This document shows positions 62,439 through 64,000 of a stretch of DNA of 64,000 nt, piece after piece (position 1 is the first letter of the stretch; each line of letters opens with the position of its first letter). Origin of the DNA: Scyliorhinus canicula. Its lineage: Eukaryota. Both the position numbers and the translations under genes were made by a program. The notes beneath the pieces were generated by a model, which saw only the letters and a list, made by a program, of their open reading frames with translations, was not told the origin of the DNA and searched no databases. The stretch lies in NCBI RefSeq assembly GCF_902713615.1, contig NC_052151.1, positions 151,733,050-151,797,049 on the forward strand, in the 5' to 3' direction.

Positions 62439-63403
62439 CGCAGTGCGAATCCGGCACTGCCGCCCAAACAGCGGCTGCCGTATTCTCCGGCGCCGGTTTT
62501 CGGGCGGAGTTCAGGCCATGCCGGTCGGGGGCCATTGGCAGCGGCCCTTCCGGCAATTCTCTGGGCCCCGATGGGCCGAGCGGCCGACCATTTTTGGCCA
62601 GTCCCGGCGGCGTGGTTTAGACATGGTCCCACTCGGTGGGACCTGGCAGGTAAGTGGGCTGGTGCGGTCCTCGGGAGAAGGGGGCGCCGGGGGGGGGGGG
62701 GGGAGGATCCGACCCTGGGGGCGGCCCCCACAGTGGCCTAGCCCACGATTGGGGCCCACCGATCAACGGGTGGGCCTCTGCTGTGTGGGCACTCCTTCCT
62801 TCCGCGCTGGCCCCTGTAGGGCCCTGTCATGGGCGCCGCGGCGAAGACAAAACCCTGCGCATGCGCCAGCATATGCCGGCCTGTCTACGAATATCTACAA
62901 CCACGCCGGCGGTTCTGCGCATGTGCGAGATCACGTCGGCCCTTTGGCGAATACGCTAACTCGCGCAGTCCTTCGGCGCCGGCTGGTGCGGCGCCAATCC
63001 CTCCGGTGTCCTAGGCCACGGAAGTGCAGAGAATTCCGCAATTTCGGGGGCTGTTGATGCCGGAGTGGTTCATGTTGGTTTTCCCGCCTGTGTGGGGACT
63101 TAAGGGAGAATCCCACCCAATGTCTTCTGTTATCTACTTCATAGGGAATCCCCATAAATCATAACAAAAACCCATTCAGGCTCTCTTTTTAAACATGTAC
63201 AAGTCAGAAAGAAGGATAATCTCACATTCGCGACATCTTAATTGCACCTTTTGCAGCCACAAAGCCTGGCTGTCATTCAAACCAAAAATTTTTTTAAATG
63301 TCACTACAGCAGATACATGCACACCCTAACCATGGCTTTTAAAAAATGACCACACCAGCTACATTTAATACACTATATATATCAATCTCTTACATTTATC
63401 ACA
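61611..63403. mobile_element. LTR-like insertion splitting a CR1 3' fragment, with nested SINE and MITE
   Basis: CR1 sequence ttcttctcacagaaata|...|aatagtgaactgtggaattc is split with AATA duplicated. Right end ...atcaca; left TG not evident. Confidence 0.45.
62388..63118. mobile_element. GC-rich PIF/Harbinger-type MITE
   Basis: TIR ..GCGGGATTCTCC / GGAGAATCCCACCC, 3-bp TSD AAT. Confidence 0.75.
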
Positions 63404-64000
63404 AATAGTGAACTGTGGAATTCGTTACTGCAAAGAGCTGGCTGGGTCGTTAAGTATGTTCAAAGCTGAGATAGATTTTTATTCAGTCAGAGAATCGGGA
63501 TAAGGCAGGAAAGTGGAGTTGAGGATTATAATAATAATTTTTATTAGTGGCACAAGTCGGCTTACATTAACACTGCAATGAAGTTACTGTGAAAATTCCC
63601 GAGTCGCCACTCTCTGGTGCCGGTTCGGGTACACAGAGGGAGAATTCAGAATATCCAGTTCACCTAACAAGTACGTCTTTCGGGACTCATTGAATGATGG
63701 AGCATTATTGATGGGCCGAATGGCCTACTTCTGCTCCTACGTCTTATTGTCTTATGTTAAAACAAAACCCCATCTGCCCTAGCAGATGGATGTAAAGGAT
63801 CCTTTTACATTATTTGAAGAATGGGAGAGTATCCAAGCCAAAAGTTATCCTTCAACCAACACCACTAAAACAGATTGTCTAATCATTACCCTATTGTTAT
63901 TTGTAGGGCATATGGATTATAGGACAAATTGGCTTCTGCATGTCTGACATTACAACAATGACTACACTTCCAAGTACCTGATTTGATGTGGAGTACTTAG

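Overview
Eukaryotic, repeat-rich vertebrate DNA. It is most likely a cartilaginous fish (shark, probably a catshark), judged from HE1/V-SINE-type SINEs, esterase-bearing CR1 LINEs and GC-rich MITEs; this assignment is an inference. The window holds the complete conserved antiviral gene pair CMPK2 (minus strand, 5 coding exons, 26366->4063, 432 aa) and RSAD2/viperin (plus strand, 6 coding exons, 34284->43621, 347 aa). They lie head-to-head about 7.9 kb apart, and each has its own pair of ISREs. A CpG-rich promoter-like island at about 53.6-54.9 kb is probably the 5' end of the next gene (RNF144A by synteny; no coding exon seen). The rest is transposable elements: a Ty1/copia 3' end split by a hAT MITE, a full-length but decayed Mag-like Ty3/Gypsy provirus with 5-bp TSD in CMPK2 intron 1, several solo LTRs, a near-intact CR1 LINE, L1-like and Rex1/Babar fragments, PIF/Harbinger remnants and MITEs, and many SINEs. 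Most ORFs in the supplied track are spurious products of GC-rich repeats. The CMPK2-viperin system itself is already known. The best candidates for something undescribed are (i) a perfect 13-bp hairpin that replaces the tRNA primer-binding site of the Gypsy element and covers its poly(A) signal, (ii) an AP-1/IRF/NF-kB motif cluster in an LTR inside RSAD2, and (iii) a recursive-splice-like CAG|GTAAG junction at RSAD2 exon 3.
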